Positions 37,432 through 46,904 are shown, counted from the stretch's first letter. The stretch is DNA of 64,000 nt from Candidatus Omnitrophota bacterium (GCA_016198905.1 JACQHR010000011.1:7427-71426), one strand, 5' to 3'. A program made the numbers and translations. Notes: a model not told the origin generated them from the letters alone.

Positions 37432-40307
37432 ATGGCTTGCAGAACAGCGAGGTGCTCGGCGGTTTTCTTGAGCGTCTCTTCGAGCTGAGTCTTGCGATCG
37501 CGGGCTCCCTGAACGACCTCTGCCGGAGCCTTCTCGGTGAAGTGGCGATCCTTGAGGCGCGCTTCAGCCTGCTGCAAATGCTTCGTGAGCTCCTCCACCT
37601 GCTGTTGCTTGCGCGCGCGTTCTTTGTCAACATCGATCAGGCCGGCCAGCGGCAGGATGACTTCGATGCCATCGACGACCGCTGAAGCGGCGTCCTTGGG
37701 CTTCTGCGCCTTCGCGGCTACATGCACCTCACCCACGCCCGCCAGCGTCTTGAGCAGCGACTGCTGCGACTCGAAAAAGCTGCGCAGCGCGGCGTGCTGC
37801 GTGATCAGATGCACCGGCGGTTTGCGATCAGGCGGGACGTTCAATTCCGCGCGCGTCGTACGGATCGCTCCCACCACCGCGGTGAAACGTTCAAACTGCG
37901 ATTCCGCTTCATCATCAATGAGTTTTTTGTCTGGTTTTGGCCAAGCCGCCTTCATGATCGACACGGCTTTGTCAGTGTGCTGTGTGCTGTGTGCTGTGTG
38001 CTGGAGCTGTTGCCAGAGCTCTTCGGTGACAAACGGCATCACCGGATGCAGCAATCGTAGGCCCGTCTCCAACACATGGACAAGAATAGCTTTGGTGGTT
38101 TCTTGTTGCTTGGTGCTTGGTGCTTGGTGCTGAAGTTGGACTTTTGCGATCTCCAGATACCAGTCGCAGAAATCGTGCCAGAGAAAATCGTACAACGCGG
38201 TGGCCGCCTCATTAAAGAGGCACGCATCCAGCGACTTCGTCACGGCCATCACGGTATGCTGCAGCCGCGAGAGAATCCATCGATCGGGTACAGTGATGGC
38301 AGCGGGTCCTGCCGCCTGCGAGACCCCGCCGTCCGTCCTCGCCCGGCGACTATCGCGCCGGCTCTCCGGGCGGGCGGCAGGGGCCTCCCCTCCGGCGTCA
38401 CCCGCTGCAAGCACGAAGCGCGTCGCGTTCCAGAGTTTGTTGGCGAAGTTGCGGCCGGCGGTAAAACGCTCTTCCGAAAGAAAGATATCCTGCCCGATCG
38501 CCGTGGAGGTGATCAGCGTATAGCGCAACGCATCCGTACCGTACTGCTTGATAATGTCCAGCGGATCAATGATATTGCCGAGCGACTTGGACATCTTCTT
38601 GCCGGTGATGTCGCGCACGGTGCCATGGATGTAGACGTTGGAAAACGGCAAGTCCTTCATGCAGAAGTAGCCGGCCATGACCATGCGCGCGACCCAGAAG
38701 AAGATGATCTCTTGCGCGGTCACCAGCGTATCCGTTGGATAGAAATAGTCGAGGTCTTTGGTCTTATTCGGCCATCCCAGCGTCGAGAATGGCCATAACC
38801 ACGAGGAGAACCACGTATCCAGCACATCTTCATCTTGCTTGAGGTCAACGTTTCCACATTGAGGACACGTTGCGGGTTTCGATTTCGAAACGATTACACC
38901 GAGCTCTGGGGCGTGGGGCGCGGGGCGTGGGGCATGGGTTGGGATCTTCCCCTGCCCCCTGTCTCCCGCCCCTTGCCCCTGACTACAGTTATTGCAGTAC
39001 CAGACCGGCAAACGATGGCCCCACCAGATTTGGCGGCTGATGCACCAGTCCTCGATGTTCTCCATCCAATTCAAGTACACCTTGGTCCAACGCTCGGGCG
39101 AAAACTTCAACTTCCCTTTCTTCACCGCTTCGATGGCCGGCTTGGCCAACGGCTTCATCTTCACGAACCATTGCGGACTCAAGCGCGGTTCAACGACGGT
39201 ATGACATCGATAGCAATGACCGACGTTGTGCTGATGCTCATCGATCGCCCCAAGAAATCCTTGCTGCTCCAAGTCGACGATCAACTTGCTGCGGCAGTCG
39301 AGCCGATCCAAGCCCTCATACGCCTTCGGCACGTTGGTCATGTGCGCGTCATCGGTCATCACGTTGATAAACTCCAACCCGTGTTTCTTTCCGAGTTGGA
39401 AGTCGACCGGATCGTGCGCCGGCGTCACTTTGACCGCTCCGGTGCCGAATGCTTTATCGACTTGCTCATCGGCAATGATGGAAATCTTCCGATTCACGAG
39501 CGGCAGGATCGCGTGCTTGCCGATCAACGCCTTATAGCGCTTGTCTTTCGGATGGACGGCAATCGCGGTGTCGCCGAGCATCGTCTCGGGCCTCGTCGTG
39601 GCAACTTCAATAAAGTCAGGGGCGTGGGGCGTGAGGCGTGGGGCGTGGGACTTCTTTTTCCCCTGCCCCCCGTCCCCTGCCCCCTGCCCCTCAATCGGAT
39701 AGCGAATATGATACAGCTTGCCTTGCGTGTCCTTGCGCGGCGCTTCTTCATCGGCGAGTGCGGTTTGACAGCGCGGGCACCAGTTGATGATGTAGTTGCC
39801 GCGATAAATGAGCCCGTCGTTGTAGAGTCGGATAAAGACGTCGAGCACCGCTTCGGAAAGCCCTTCATCCATCGTGAAGCGCGTCCGGCGCCAGTCACAC
39901 GAGGAGCCAAGCCGCTTGAGCTGATACAAAATCGTATTGCCGTACTGCTCCTTCCATTGCCACACGCGCTGGATGAACGCGTCGCGCCCTAAGTCCTGGC
40001 GCGTCTTCCCTTCCTTGGCCAGGGCGCGCTCGACGACGTTTTGCGTGGCGATGCCGGCGTGGTCAGTTCCGGGAACCCACAACGCATTGAAGCCCTGCAT
40101 GCGCTTCCAGCGAATCAGGATGTCCTGAATCGTATTGTTGAGCGCATGGCCCATGTGCAGGATGCCCGTGATATTGGGCGGCGGGATCACGATCGTGTAG
40201 GGCTTGCGTGTGGGATCGACGTCGGCCTGGAACAGGCCCTGAGCCTCCCACCATTGATAGCGGGATTCTTCGACAGTCTGTGGATTGTACTGCGAAGGCA
40301 ACTCCAT
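37428..40307 (-). CDS. valS: Valine--tRNA ligase
   Basis: 959 aa with HMGHALN (HIGH), KMSKSLGN (KMSKS), ATTRPETMLGDTA and a C-terminal coiled coil. Four repeat-derived in-frame insertions. Confidence 0.97.
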   Translation of the reverse strand: MELPSQYNPQTVEESRYQWWEAQGLFQADVDPTRKPYTIVIPPPNITGILHMGHALNNTIQDILIRWKRMQGFNALWVPGTDHAGIATQNVVERALAKEGKTRQDLGRDAFIQRVWQWKEQYGNTILYQLKRLGSSCDWRRTRFTMDEGLSEAVLDVFIRLYNDGLIYRGNYIINWCPRCQTALADEEAPRKDTQGKLYHIRYPIEGQGAGDGGQGKKKSHAPRLTPHAPDFIEVATTRPETMLGDTAIAVHPKDKRYKALIGKHAILPLVNRKISIIADEQVDKAFGTGAVKVTPAHDPVDFQLGKKHGLEFINVMTDDAHMTNVPKAYEGLDRLDCRSKLIVDLEQQGFLGAIDEHQHNVGHCYRCHTVVEPRLSPQWFVKMKPLAKPAIEAVKKGKLKFSPERWTKVYLNWMENIEDWCISRQIWWGHRLPVWYCNNCSQGQGAGDRGQGKIPTHAPRPAPHAPELGVIVSKSKPATCPQCGNVDLKQDEDVLDTWFSSWLWPFSTLGWPNKTKDLDYFYPTDTLVTAQEIIFFWVARMVMAGYFCMKDLPFSNVYIHGTVRDITGKKMSKSLGNIIDPLDIIKQYGTDALRYTLITSTAIGQDIFLSEERFTAGRNFANKLWNATRFVLAAGDAGGEAPAARPESRRDSRRARTDGGVSQAAGPAAITVPDRWILSRLQHTVMAVTKSLDACLFNEAATALYDFLWHDFCDWYLEIAKVQLQHQAPSTKQQETTKAILVHVLETGLRLLHPVMPFVTEELWQQLQHTAHSTQHTDKAVSIMKAAWPKPDKKLIDDEAESQFERFTAVVGAIRTTRAELNVPPDRKPPVHLITQHAALRSFFESQQSLLKTLAGVGEVHVAAKAQKPKDAASAVVDGIEVILPLAGLIDVDKERARKQQQVEELTKHLQQAEARLKDRHFTEKAPAEVVQGARDRKTQLEETLKKTAEHLAVLQAM
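37975..38002. repeat. (GTGTGCT)x4 heptamer array inside valS
   Basis: GTGTGCTGTGTGCTGTGTGCTGTGTGCT. Confidence 0.95.
38103..38132. repeat. (TGGTGCT)-type heptamer array inside valS
   Basis: TTGTTGCTTGGTGCTTGGTGCTTGGTGCTG. Confidence 0.9.
38907..38978. repeat. 72-nt G-arm/C-arm heptamer hairpin module 1 inside valS
   Basis: GGGGCGT GGGGCGC GGGGCGT GGGGCAT .. loop .. CCCCTGCCCCCTGTCTCCCGCCCCTTGCCC. Encodes GQGAGDRGQGKIPTHAPRPAPHAP. Confidence 0.9.
39618..39689. repeat. 72-nt G-arm/C-arm heptamer hairpin module 2 inside valS
   Basis: AGGGGCGTGGGGCGTGAGGCGTGGGGCGTGGGA .. CTTCTTTTT .. CCCCTGCCCCCCGTCCCCTGCCCCCTGCCC. Encodes GQGAGDGGQGKKKSHAPRLTPHAP. Confidence 0.9.
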
Positions 40308-40314
40308 GGCGGAT

Positions 40315-40404
40315 TAGCACAAAGCAGAAAGCACAAAGCACAATGAACGGGTCATGCTGGTTGTTTGCGTTTTCTGTGTGCTGTGTGCTGTGTGCTGTGT
40401 GCTT
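40315..40404. repeat. Heptamer-built inverted repeat spanning the cimA stop codon, 8 nt upstream of the valS start
   Basis: Left arm TAGCACAAAGCAGAAAGCACAAAGCACA, right arm TCTGTGTGCTGTGTGCTGTGTGCTGTGTGCTT. The cimA stop at 40352-40354 lies in the loop. Confidence 0.9.
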
Positions 40405-41956
40405 GATCTTTGAGCAGTTTATACTCGATAGAATCGACGAGCGCTTGCCAGCTCGCCTCGATCACGTTTTCCGAGACGCCGATGGTATCCCATGAGTCCT
40501 GCTCATCCTGCGATTGGATGAGCACGCGCACCTTGGCCGCGGTGCCGGCTTTTTCATCCAGCACGCGCACCTTGAAGTCGCGCAGGTGCATGTGCGCCAG
40601 CGTCGGATAAAACTGGCGCAGCGCTTTGCGGATGGCGTTATCCAGCGCGTTGACCGGCCCATCGCCTTCGGCCGCGGTTTGCTCGGTCACCTGACCGACC
40701 TTGATTTTAATCGTGGCCTCGGAGGTGAGTTTGTGGTCGCGCTTCTCCATGATGACGCGGAAGCCTTCGAGCTTGAAGAATGGTTTTAGGTGTTCGATCT
40801 CGCGCTTGAGCAGCAACTCCAGTGAACCTTGCGCCGCTTCGAAGTGATAGCCCTGATGCTCGAGTTTCTGTAAGAGCTTGAGCAGCTTCTTCGCCTCCGG
40901 CGTTTCCTTCGAAAGGTCCAGCGCCAATCCCTGCGCTTTCAAGACAAGCGCGGAGCGGCCCGAGAGTTCGGAGACCAGGATCTTGCGCTGGTTGCCGACG
41001 ACGGCCGGATCGATGTGCTCGTAGGTGCGCGGATTCTTCATGACCGCGTTGACATGCACGCCGCCTTTGTGCGCAAAAGCCGATGAGCCGACAAACGGTT
41101 GGTTCGCCACCTGGGCGAGGTTGCTCACCTCAGCGACGAAACGCGACGTCTCGGTGAGTTCTTTGAGTCGTCCGGCAGGCAGCACGTCAAGACCCATCTT
41201 GGTCGAAAAGATGCCGGCCAGCGAGACGAGATTGGCGTTGCCGCAGCGCTCCCCGTAGCCATTCATCACGCCCTGCACCTGCTGACAGCCGGCGTGCACC
41301 GCCGCCAGCGCATTGGCGACGGCCAGCTCGCTGTCGTTGTGTGAGTGGATCCCCAACTGCACCGAGAGCGTGCCTTTCAGCTTGCTGATGATGTCGTATA
41401 CCTCATGCGGCAGGCTGCCGCCGTTGGTGTCGCAAAAGATGATGGCATCAGCACCTCCGGCGAGCGAGGCCTCCAGCGCTTTCACCGCGTAGGCCGAGTT
41501 GTCCTTGTAGCCGTCGAAGAAATGCTCGGCATCATACATGACCATCCGTCCGCGGCGCTTGAGGTACGCCACAGACTCTTCGATCATCTTGAGGTTCTCT
41601 TCGGGGGTGACGCGCAGCACTTCGCGGACATGCAGGTCCCAAGTCTTGCCGAAGATCGTGATGACCGGGGTTTCCGCGCGTAGGAGCGCATTGAGATTGG
41701 CGTCTTTGGCGGCACTGCCCGCGTGGCGCGTGCTGCCGAACGCTACGAGCTTGGCGTTCGTCAGACGCAGCGTCTTCGCGCGACGAAAATACTCCGCATC
41801 TTTGGGGTTGGAACCGGGCCAGCCGCCTTCAATATAGGGCAGCCCGAGGGCGTCGAGCTTCTCGGTGATGCGCAGCTTGTCCGGCACCGAGTAGGAGATG
41901 CCCTCGGCCTGGGCGCCGTCGCGCAACGTGGTGTCGTACAGTTCAACGTGAGACAT
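40352..41956 (-). CDS. cimA: (R)-citramalate synthase / 2-isopropylmalate synthase family
   Basis: Start MSHVELYDTTLRDGAQ at 41956. HMGL-like barrel plus a LeuA-dimer-type C-terminus. The last ~17 codons (..AHSTQHTAHRKRKQPA) are heptamer repeat. Confidence 0.85.
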   Translation of the reverse strand: MSHVELYDTTLRDGAQAEGISYSVPDKLRITEKLDALGLPYIEGGWPGSNPKDAEYFRRAKTLRLTNAKLVAFGSTRHAGSAAKDANLNALLRAETPVITIFGKTWDLHVREVLRVTPEENLKMIEESVAYLKRRGRMVMYDAEHFFDGYKDNSAYAVKALEASLAGGADAIIFCDTNGGSLPHEVYDIISKLKGTLSVQLGIHSHNDSELAVANALAAVHAGCQQVQGVMNGYGERCGNANLVSLAGIFSTKMGLDVLPAGRLKELTETSRFVAEVSNLAQVANQPFVGSSAFAHKGGVHVNAVMKNPRTYEHIDPAVVGNQRKILVSELSGRSALVLKAQGLALDLSKETPEAKKLLKLLQKLEHQGYHFEAAQGSLELLLKREIEHLKPFFKLEGFRVIMEKRDHKLTSEATIKIKVGQVTEQTAAEGDGPVNALDNAIRKALRQFYPTLAHMHLRDFKVRVLDEKAGTAAKVRVLIQSQDEQDSWDTIGVSENVIEASWQALVDSIEYKLLKDQAHSTQHTAHRKRKQPA

Positions 41957-42003
41957 GGTTTGTGAGTGTTGTGTTTGGAGATCCGACCACACAATGGTCG
42001 AAA

Positions 42004-43269
42004 TCAGGCGTGGGCGGCGACGGCAGCTCGCTTCTTGCCGGACATGGCCGCGCGGTTCAATCCAAATGCGCGATGGACCGCCTGAACGGCTCGCTCGGCA
42101 TGCGCTTTGCGGATGACGCACGAAATCTTGATTTCTGACGTGGAAATCATCTCGATGTTGATGCGCTCGCGAGCCATGGCCTCGAACATTTTCGCCGCAA
42201 TCCCCGAATGGCTGCGCATGCCGATGCCGACGATCGAGAGCTTCGCGACCCCTTCATCGGTTGTCACTTCTCCGGCGCCAATGCGATGCGAGACGCTGCG
42301 CGCAACTCGTAGGGTCGCCGGTAAATCGGCCTTCACGACGGTAAACGAGAGGTCGGTGGAGCCTTCGCGGCTGACGTTCTGCACGATCATATCGACGTTG
42401 ATGCCCTTAGCCGCCAGCTCGCGGAAAATCTCGGCGGCCATGCCCGGCTTGTCCGGCACGTCGCGGATCGTCACCTTCGCTTCGTCGCGCTGCAACGACA
42501 CGCCGCTGACCACGATGTCTTCCATCGCTTTGCCGGTCTTTTGAATCATCGTGCCCTCCCGTAGTGAAAAGCTGGATCGGACATGGATCGGAATGTCGAA
42601 TCGTTTGGCGACGAAGATCGACCGCGCCTGCATGACTTGCGCGCCGAGCGAGGCCATCTCGAGCATTTCATCATAGCTGATGACGCTGAGCTTTCTGGCT
42701 TGCGGCACGATGCGCGGATCGGCGGTATAGACGCCTTCGACGTCGGTGAAAATTTCGCAGACATCCGCGCCCAAGGCCTTCGCCATGGCGACGGCGGTCA
42801 GATCCGATCCTCCGCGCCCCAGCGTCGTGATGTCCTGATTCAAGTTGACGCCTTGAAACCCGGCGACGATGACGATGCGCCGCTTCGCGAGCTCCTTTTC
42901 AATACGCTGCGTGTTGATGTCGACGATGCGCGCCTTCGTGTGCGTGCCGTCGGTGAGGATGCCCACTTGCGCCCCGGTAAAGGAGACGGCGTCTTCCCCC
43001 AGTTGATGGATGGCCATCGCGAGGAGCGCGACAGAAACCTGCTCGCCGGTCGCCATGAGCATGTCCAACTCGCGCTCGGCGGGGTCCTGCGTGATTTGCG
43101 AGGCCAGCTGCAGCAGCTCATCCGTGGTATCGCCAAGCGCAGAAACCACCACGACGACATTGGCACCGGTGCGTTTGGCATCCACCACGCGCTGGGCGAC
43201 CCGCTTGATGCGCTCGGGATTCGCCACGGAGCTGCCGCCGAATTTTTGGACGATCAAGCGGTGGGCCAT
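42004..43269 (-). CDS. lysC: Aspartate kinase
   Basis: MAHRLIVQKFGGSSV start at 43269, two ACT domains. The track alternative start is 43290. Confidence 0.92.
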   Translation of the reverse strand: MAHRLIVQKFGGSSVANPERIKRVAQRVVDAKRTGANVVVVVSALGDTTDELLQLASQITQDPAERELDMLMATGEQVSVALLAMAIHQLGEDAVSFTGAQVGILTDGTHTKARIVDINTQRIEKELAKRRIVIVAGFQGVNLNQDITTLGRGGSDLTAVAMAKALGADVCEIFTDVEGVYTADPRIVPQARKLSVISYDEMLEMASLGAQVMQARSIFVAKRFDIPIHVRSSFSLREGTMIQKTGKAMEDIVVSGVSLQRDEAKVTIRDVPDKPGMAAEIFRELAAKGINVDMIVQNVSREGSTDLSFTVVKADLPATLRVARSVSHRIGAGEVTTDEGVAKLSIVGIGMRSHSGIAAKMFEAMARERINIEMISTSEIKISCVIRKAHAERAVQAVHRAFGLNRAAMSGKKRAAVAAHA

Positions 43270-44423
43270 GACGAGCCTTGTCGAAACCACACCGCCAACG
43301 CGGCCGCATCCGGGAAGGTCAGCGAGCTCTCAGCTAATTGCGATCCGGCCAGAGAGACGGCGGGGTGCTGGGGTAATCCTGTGCCGATGGCCACGAACGG
43401 AATCGCGTCACTGCCGTGATCGTCGATCGCCACGAGCAAACGCCATGGGTCTCGGCGAGGCAACTCTTGTGTGAGCGGCTTCAGGATCAGCTGATCCAAC
43501 CGTTCCATGGCGCACTGCCGCTCCACGGGATCGGCCGTGTCGACGCGCAGATGAACATAGATCGTCTGGTGGTGCTCGAGCCCTGCGGTGATGGCCTTCC
43601 ACAAGGCGTGCATGGCGCGTTCATCCAACAACGCGGCCGGGCCCTCTTTCCAGTCGAATCCGCGCACGCGCGCCAGCCCGCGCATCGGAAAATACCGCGA
43701 GATGAGCAGGCCTTCGAGTTGCGCTCGTCGCTGATGCGCTGCGGGCACCTCGCCGCTGATCGGCCCCCACAGCCACAGGAAGTTGGCGGGATTTTCTCCT
43801 AAGTCCACGCGGACGCGATTGATCGGATGGTCATCGAGGAGCTTACCGGCCTCATCGATGAGCAGCCGCAGCGCATCTCCGGTTGACGCGCCAGGCAAAT
43901 GTTCATCCCATCGAAGGTTCAGCAATTGTTCGGGGGATGGAATAGCCGGCGGCCGCTCACCGCTCAAGCTTGGATCACGGACGATGAGCACATGGTGCGA
44001 CCCCTCCCCCGCCTCCCACCGGCGCGTGTCGGACCCCAACTGCTCATCAAGCGCATGGAGCAGCACTTCGCTTTCCTTCGTCGTGATGCATCCGGCCATG
44101 GGATCGATGATCTTACCGTCGCGCTGGGTGACGAAATCGCAGCACCAGGCTGTTTCCCCCTCGCCGAGCGCCAGATTCACGCTGGCCGCATACCAGGATC
44201 CGGCGGCGGTCTCGCGCGGCGCCATACCTAGCAGTTCGTGGTGCACGCGCAACCGATCGATGCCAAGACCCCGACGCTGCTGCCGGATGACTCCGGCGGC
44301 ACCCGCCTGCGCCAGCTGCTGCAGTTGAGCCGTCTTCGCCCCTTCCAATAAGGGCGTGACCGGCTGGCCAAGCATGACACCATCTTCACAGCGAATGATC
44401 ACTTCATGCATCGGAAGAACCAT
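43254..44423 (-). CDS. ApgM/alkaline-phosphatase-superfamily-like protein in the position of the 'proposed homoserine kinase' (TIGR02535-type), divergent
   Basis: 389 aa between thrC and lysC. TPLLEGAKTAQLQQLAQAGAAG resembles the TPL..A.TP..D.LA..G..G segment of ApgM-type proteins. I could not see the usual metal-ligand motifs. Confidence 0.5.
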   Translation of the reverse strand: MVLPMHEVIIRCEDGVMLGQPVTPLLEGAKTAQLQQLAQAGAAGVIRQQRRGLGIDRLRVHHELLGMAPRETAAGSWYAASVNLALGEGETAWCCDFVTQRDGKIIDPMAGCITTKESEVLLHALDEQLGSDTRRWEAGEGSHHVLIVRDPSLSGERPPAIPSPEQLLNLRWDEHLPGASTGDALRLLIDEAGKLLDDHPINRVRVDLGENPANFLWLWGPISGEVPAAHQRRAQLEGLLISRYFPMRGLARVRGFDWKEGPAALLDERAMHALWKAITAGLEHHQTIYVHLRVDTADPVERQCAMERLDQLILKPLTQELPRRDPWRLLVAIDDHGSDAIPFVAIGTGLPQHPAVSLAGSQLAESSLTFPDAAALAVWFRQGSSWPTA

Positions 44424-44479
44424 TATACGCTGTCAGGGCACGCAGAGTCTAGGCAGGTGAGGCACGAGGCCCGCGGGTG

Positions 44480-45604
44480 TTAGTGCAGACCGACAGCCTT
44501 GCTGATCGCGGACAGCGAGGGCGGCAGCGGCTTGGGCACCCGAATGCTTTTGATGGCCCGTTCAGGATCCTTCAACCCATGGCCGGTGACGATGCACACG
44601 ATCACCAGACGGCTTCGCCGACGCGCCGCGGCCGACTTGAAGTAGCCGGCGTGCGCCAGCTTCAATAATCCCGCCACGGAGGCGGCGGAGGCGGGCTCGA
44701 CGAACACGCCGTCTTCCGCGGCAAGCAGCCGGTAGGCGTCCAGGATCTCCCGATCGCTGACCGCGCGGATAAAGCCGTGCGACTCCTCGCTGGCGCTGAT
44801 CGCCCCCTGCCAACTGGCGGGATTGCCGATCTTGATCGCCGTCGCAATGGTCTTGGGATTGGCAATGATCTTTCCCTTCACCAGCGGGGCCGCACCTTCC
44901 GCCTGAAAACCCAGCATCGTCGGTAGCGTTCGAGTCTTGCCGTTCGCGCGGTATTCGCGGTAGCCCCTCCACTGCGCGGTGATGTTGCCCGCATTGCCGA
45001 CCGGCGTGATGTGGATGTCCGGCGCGCGGCCCAACGCGTCGCAGATTTCAAACGCGCAGGTCTTTTGCCCCTCGATCCGATACGGGTTGATGGAATTCAC
45101 GATCGTGATCGGATGCATCTGCGCGAGTGATTTGACCAGCGCCAGACACGCGTCGAAATTCGCTTCGACGGAGGCGATGCGCGCCCCATGGATCAAGGCT
45201 TGCGAGAGCTTGCCCAACGCGATGGCCCCGCTGGGAATGAGGACGATCGAGCGCAGCCCTGCGCGCGCCGCATACGCGCTGGCGGAGGCCGACGTGTTTC
45301 CGGTTGAGGCGCACAACACCGCAGCCGATTTCTCCTCGACCGCTTTGGAAATGGCCAGCGTCATGCCACGATCCTTGAACGAGCCGGTCGGATTCATCCC
45401 CTCGTACTTCAGATAGACCTCGGCCGAGGCTCCGACGCGTCGGCTCAGGACACGGCTGCGAATGAGCGGGGTGTTGCCTTCTAAGAGGGTGACGATCGGT
45501 GTTTTCGCAGAGACCGGCAAATACGACCGGTAGGCCTCGATGACGCCGGGCCATGGATACGGATGGCGTGCAGCGGAACGCGCCATGGAGGACTTATTTC
45601 GCAC
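44480..45604 (-). CDS. thrC: Threonine synthase
   Basis: 374 aa with the PLP lysine motif NPTGSFKDRG and GNAGN. Confidence 0.9.
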   Translation of the reverse strand: MRNKSSMARSAARHPYPWPGVIEAYRSYLPVSAKTPIVTLLEGNTPLIRSRVLSRRVGASAEVYLKYEGMNPTGSFKDRGMTLAISKAVEEKSAAVLCASTGNTSASASAYAARAGLRSIVLIPSGAIALGKLSQALIHGARIASVEANFDACLALVKSLAQMHPITIVNSINPYRIEGQKTCAFEICDALGRAPDIHITPVGNAGNITAQWRGYREYRANGKTRTLPTMLGFQAEGAAPLVKGKIIANPKTIATAIKIGNPASWQGAISASEESHGFIRAVSDREILDAYRLLAAEDGVFVEPASAASVAGLLKLAHAGYFKSAAARRRSRLVIVCIVTGHGLKDPERAIKSIRVPKPLPPSLSAISKAVGLH

Positions 45605-46904
45605 GGGGCGCTTCCGTTCGCAGGGCGACGGTTGGATGCTTCACAAATCCCGACCGGTCGATGATCTGCAGAGCCGCGTGCACATGAGACTCCTTCGCCT
45701 CATGTGTCATGATGACGACCGGCACGATGCGGGCGGCCGCACGCTCTTTTTGGTGCACGCTGGCAATCGAGATGTGGTGGCGCCCGAGCACGCCGGCCAG
45801 CCGTGCCAGGACGCCGGGCTTGTCCGTGACCATGAAGCGCAGGTAATAGCGCGTCTCGACATTGCCCATCCGGCGTAACCGTCGCACGCCGTGACTGGCG
45901 TGCCGATCGAGCGGAATGCGCTGGCTCACACCCGCGGCGATGTTGCGGGCCACGTCAGCAATGTCCGACACCACCGAACTGGCCGCCGGATTCTGCCCCG
46001 CCCCCCGGCCGTAGAACAGCTGTGAGCCGACCATGTCTCCGTGCACGTAGATCGCGTTATACACGCCATTGACGTTGGCGAGGAGATGGGTCTTGGCCAA
46101 GAGAGCCGGGTGCACCCGCACCTCGAGTTCGCCGTCCTCTTCCTTGGCGATCGCCAGCGGCTTGATGCAGTAGCCCAACTCATCCGCGTATTGAATATCC
46201 GCTTGCGAAATATTGCTGATGCCTTCCATGTGAATATCCTCGAGGCGGACCTGGACGCCGAATCCTAAGAGCGTGAGGATCGCCAGTTTATGCGCGGCGT
46301 CATTGCCGTTGATGTCGAGCGACGGGTTACGCTCCGCGTAGCCATGATGTTTCGCCTCAAGGAGCGCTTCATGAAAGCTGAGCCGGTGCTCGCGCATTTG
46401 GGTGAGCACGTAGTTGGAGGTCCCGTTGATGATGCCCAGGATGGTGTCGAGCCGGTTGGCGATCAGCCCTTCCCGCAGCGCTTTAATGATCGGAATGCCG
46501 CCTCCGACCGACGCTTCGAAATATAAGTCAGTCTTGGCGCGGGTGCTGGCGCGAAACAGCTCGCTGCCTGCGTGCGCGAGCAGCGCCTTGTTCGCCGTGA
46601 CGACATGTTTGCCGCGCCGCAGCGCCTCAAGAATGAAGGTCTTAGCCGGTTCCAATCCCCCGATGAGCTCGACGACGATATCGATGTCCGGGTCCTGGAG
46701 AATCTTGGAGGGGTCGGTCGTGATCATTCCTGCCGGCAGGCGCACGTCATGCCGGCGGCGGAAGTCCCGATCACAGACGCGCCGCAGCACCACGCGCGCG
46801 CCGATGCGCGCTTCCAGCAGCCGGCCTTTCTCCAGCAGCGCTTTCGCGACACCGGAACCCACGGTGCCGAATCCAATAATCCCGACGTGAATTTTCTCAC
46901 TCAT
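45594..46904 (-). CDS. hom: Homoserine dehydrogenase
   Basis: 436 aa with GIIGFGTVGSG at the N-terminus, a catalytic domain and a C-terminal ACT domain. Confidence 0.92.
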   Translation of the reverse strand: MSEKIHVGIIGFGTVGSGVAKALLEKGRLLEARIGARVVLRRVCDRDFRRRHDVRLPAGMITTDPSKILQDPDIDIVVELIGGLEPAKTFILEALRRGKHVVTANKALLAHAGSELFRASTRAKTDLYFEASVGGGIPIIKALREGLIANRLDTILGIINGTSNYVLTQMREHRLSFHEALLEAKHHGYAERNPSLDINGNDAAHKLAILTLLGFGVQVRLEDIHMEGISNISQADIQYADELGYCIKPLAIAKEEDGELEVRVHPALLAKTHLLANVNGVYNAIYVHGDMVGSQLFYGRGAGQNPAASSVVSDIADVARNIAAGVSQRIPLDRHASHGVRRLRRMGNVETRYYLRFMVTDKPGVLARLAGVLGRHHISIASVHQKERAAARIVPVVIMTHEAKESHVHAALQIIDRSGFVKHPTVALRTEAPRAK

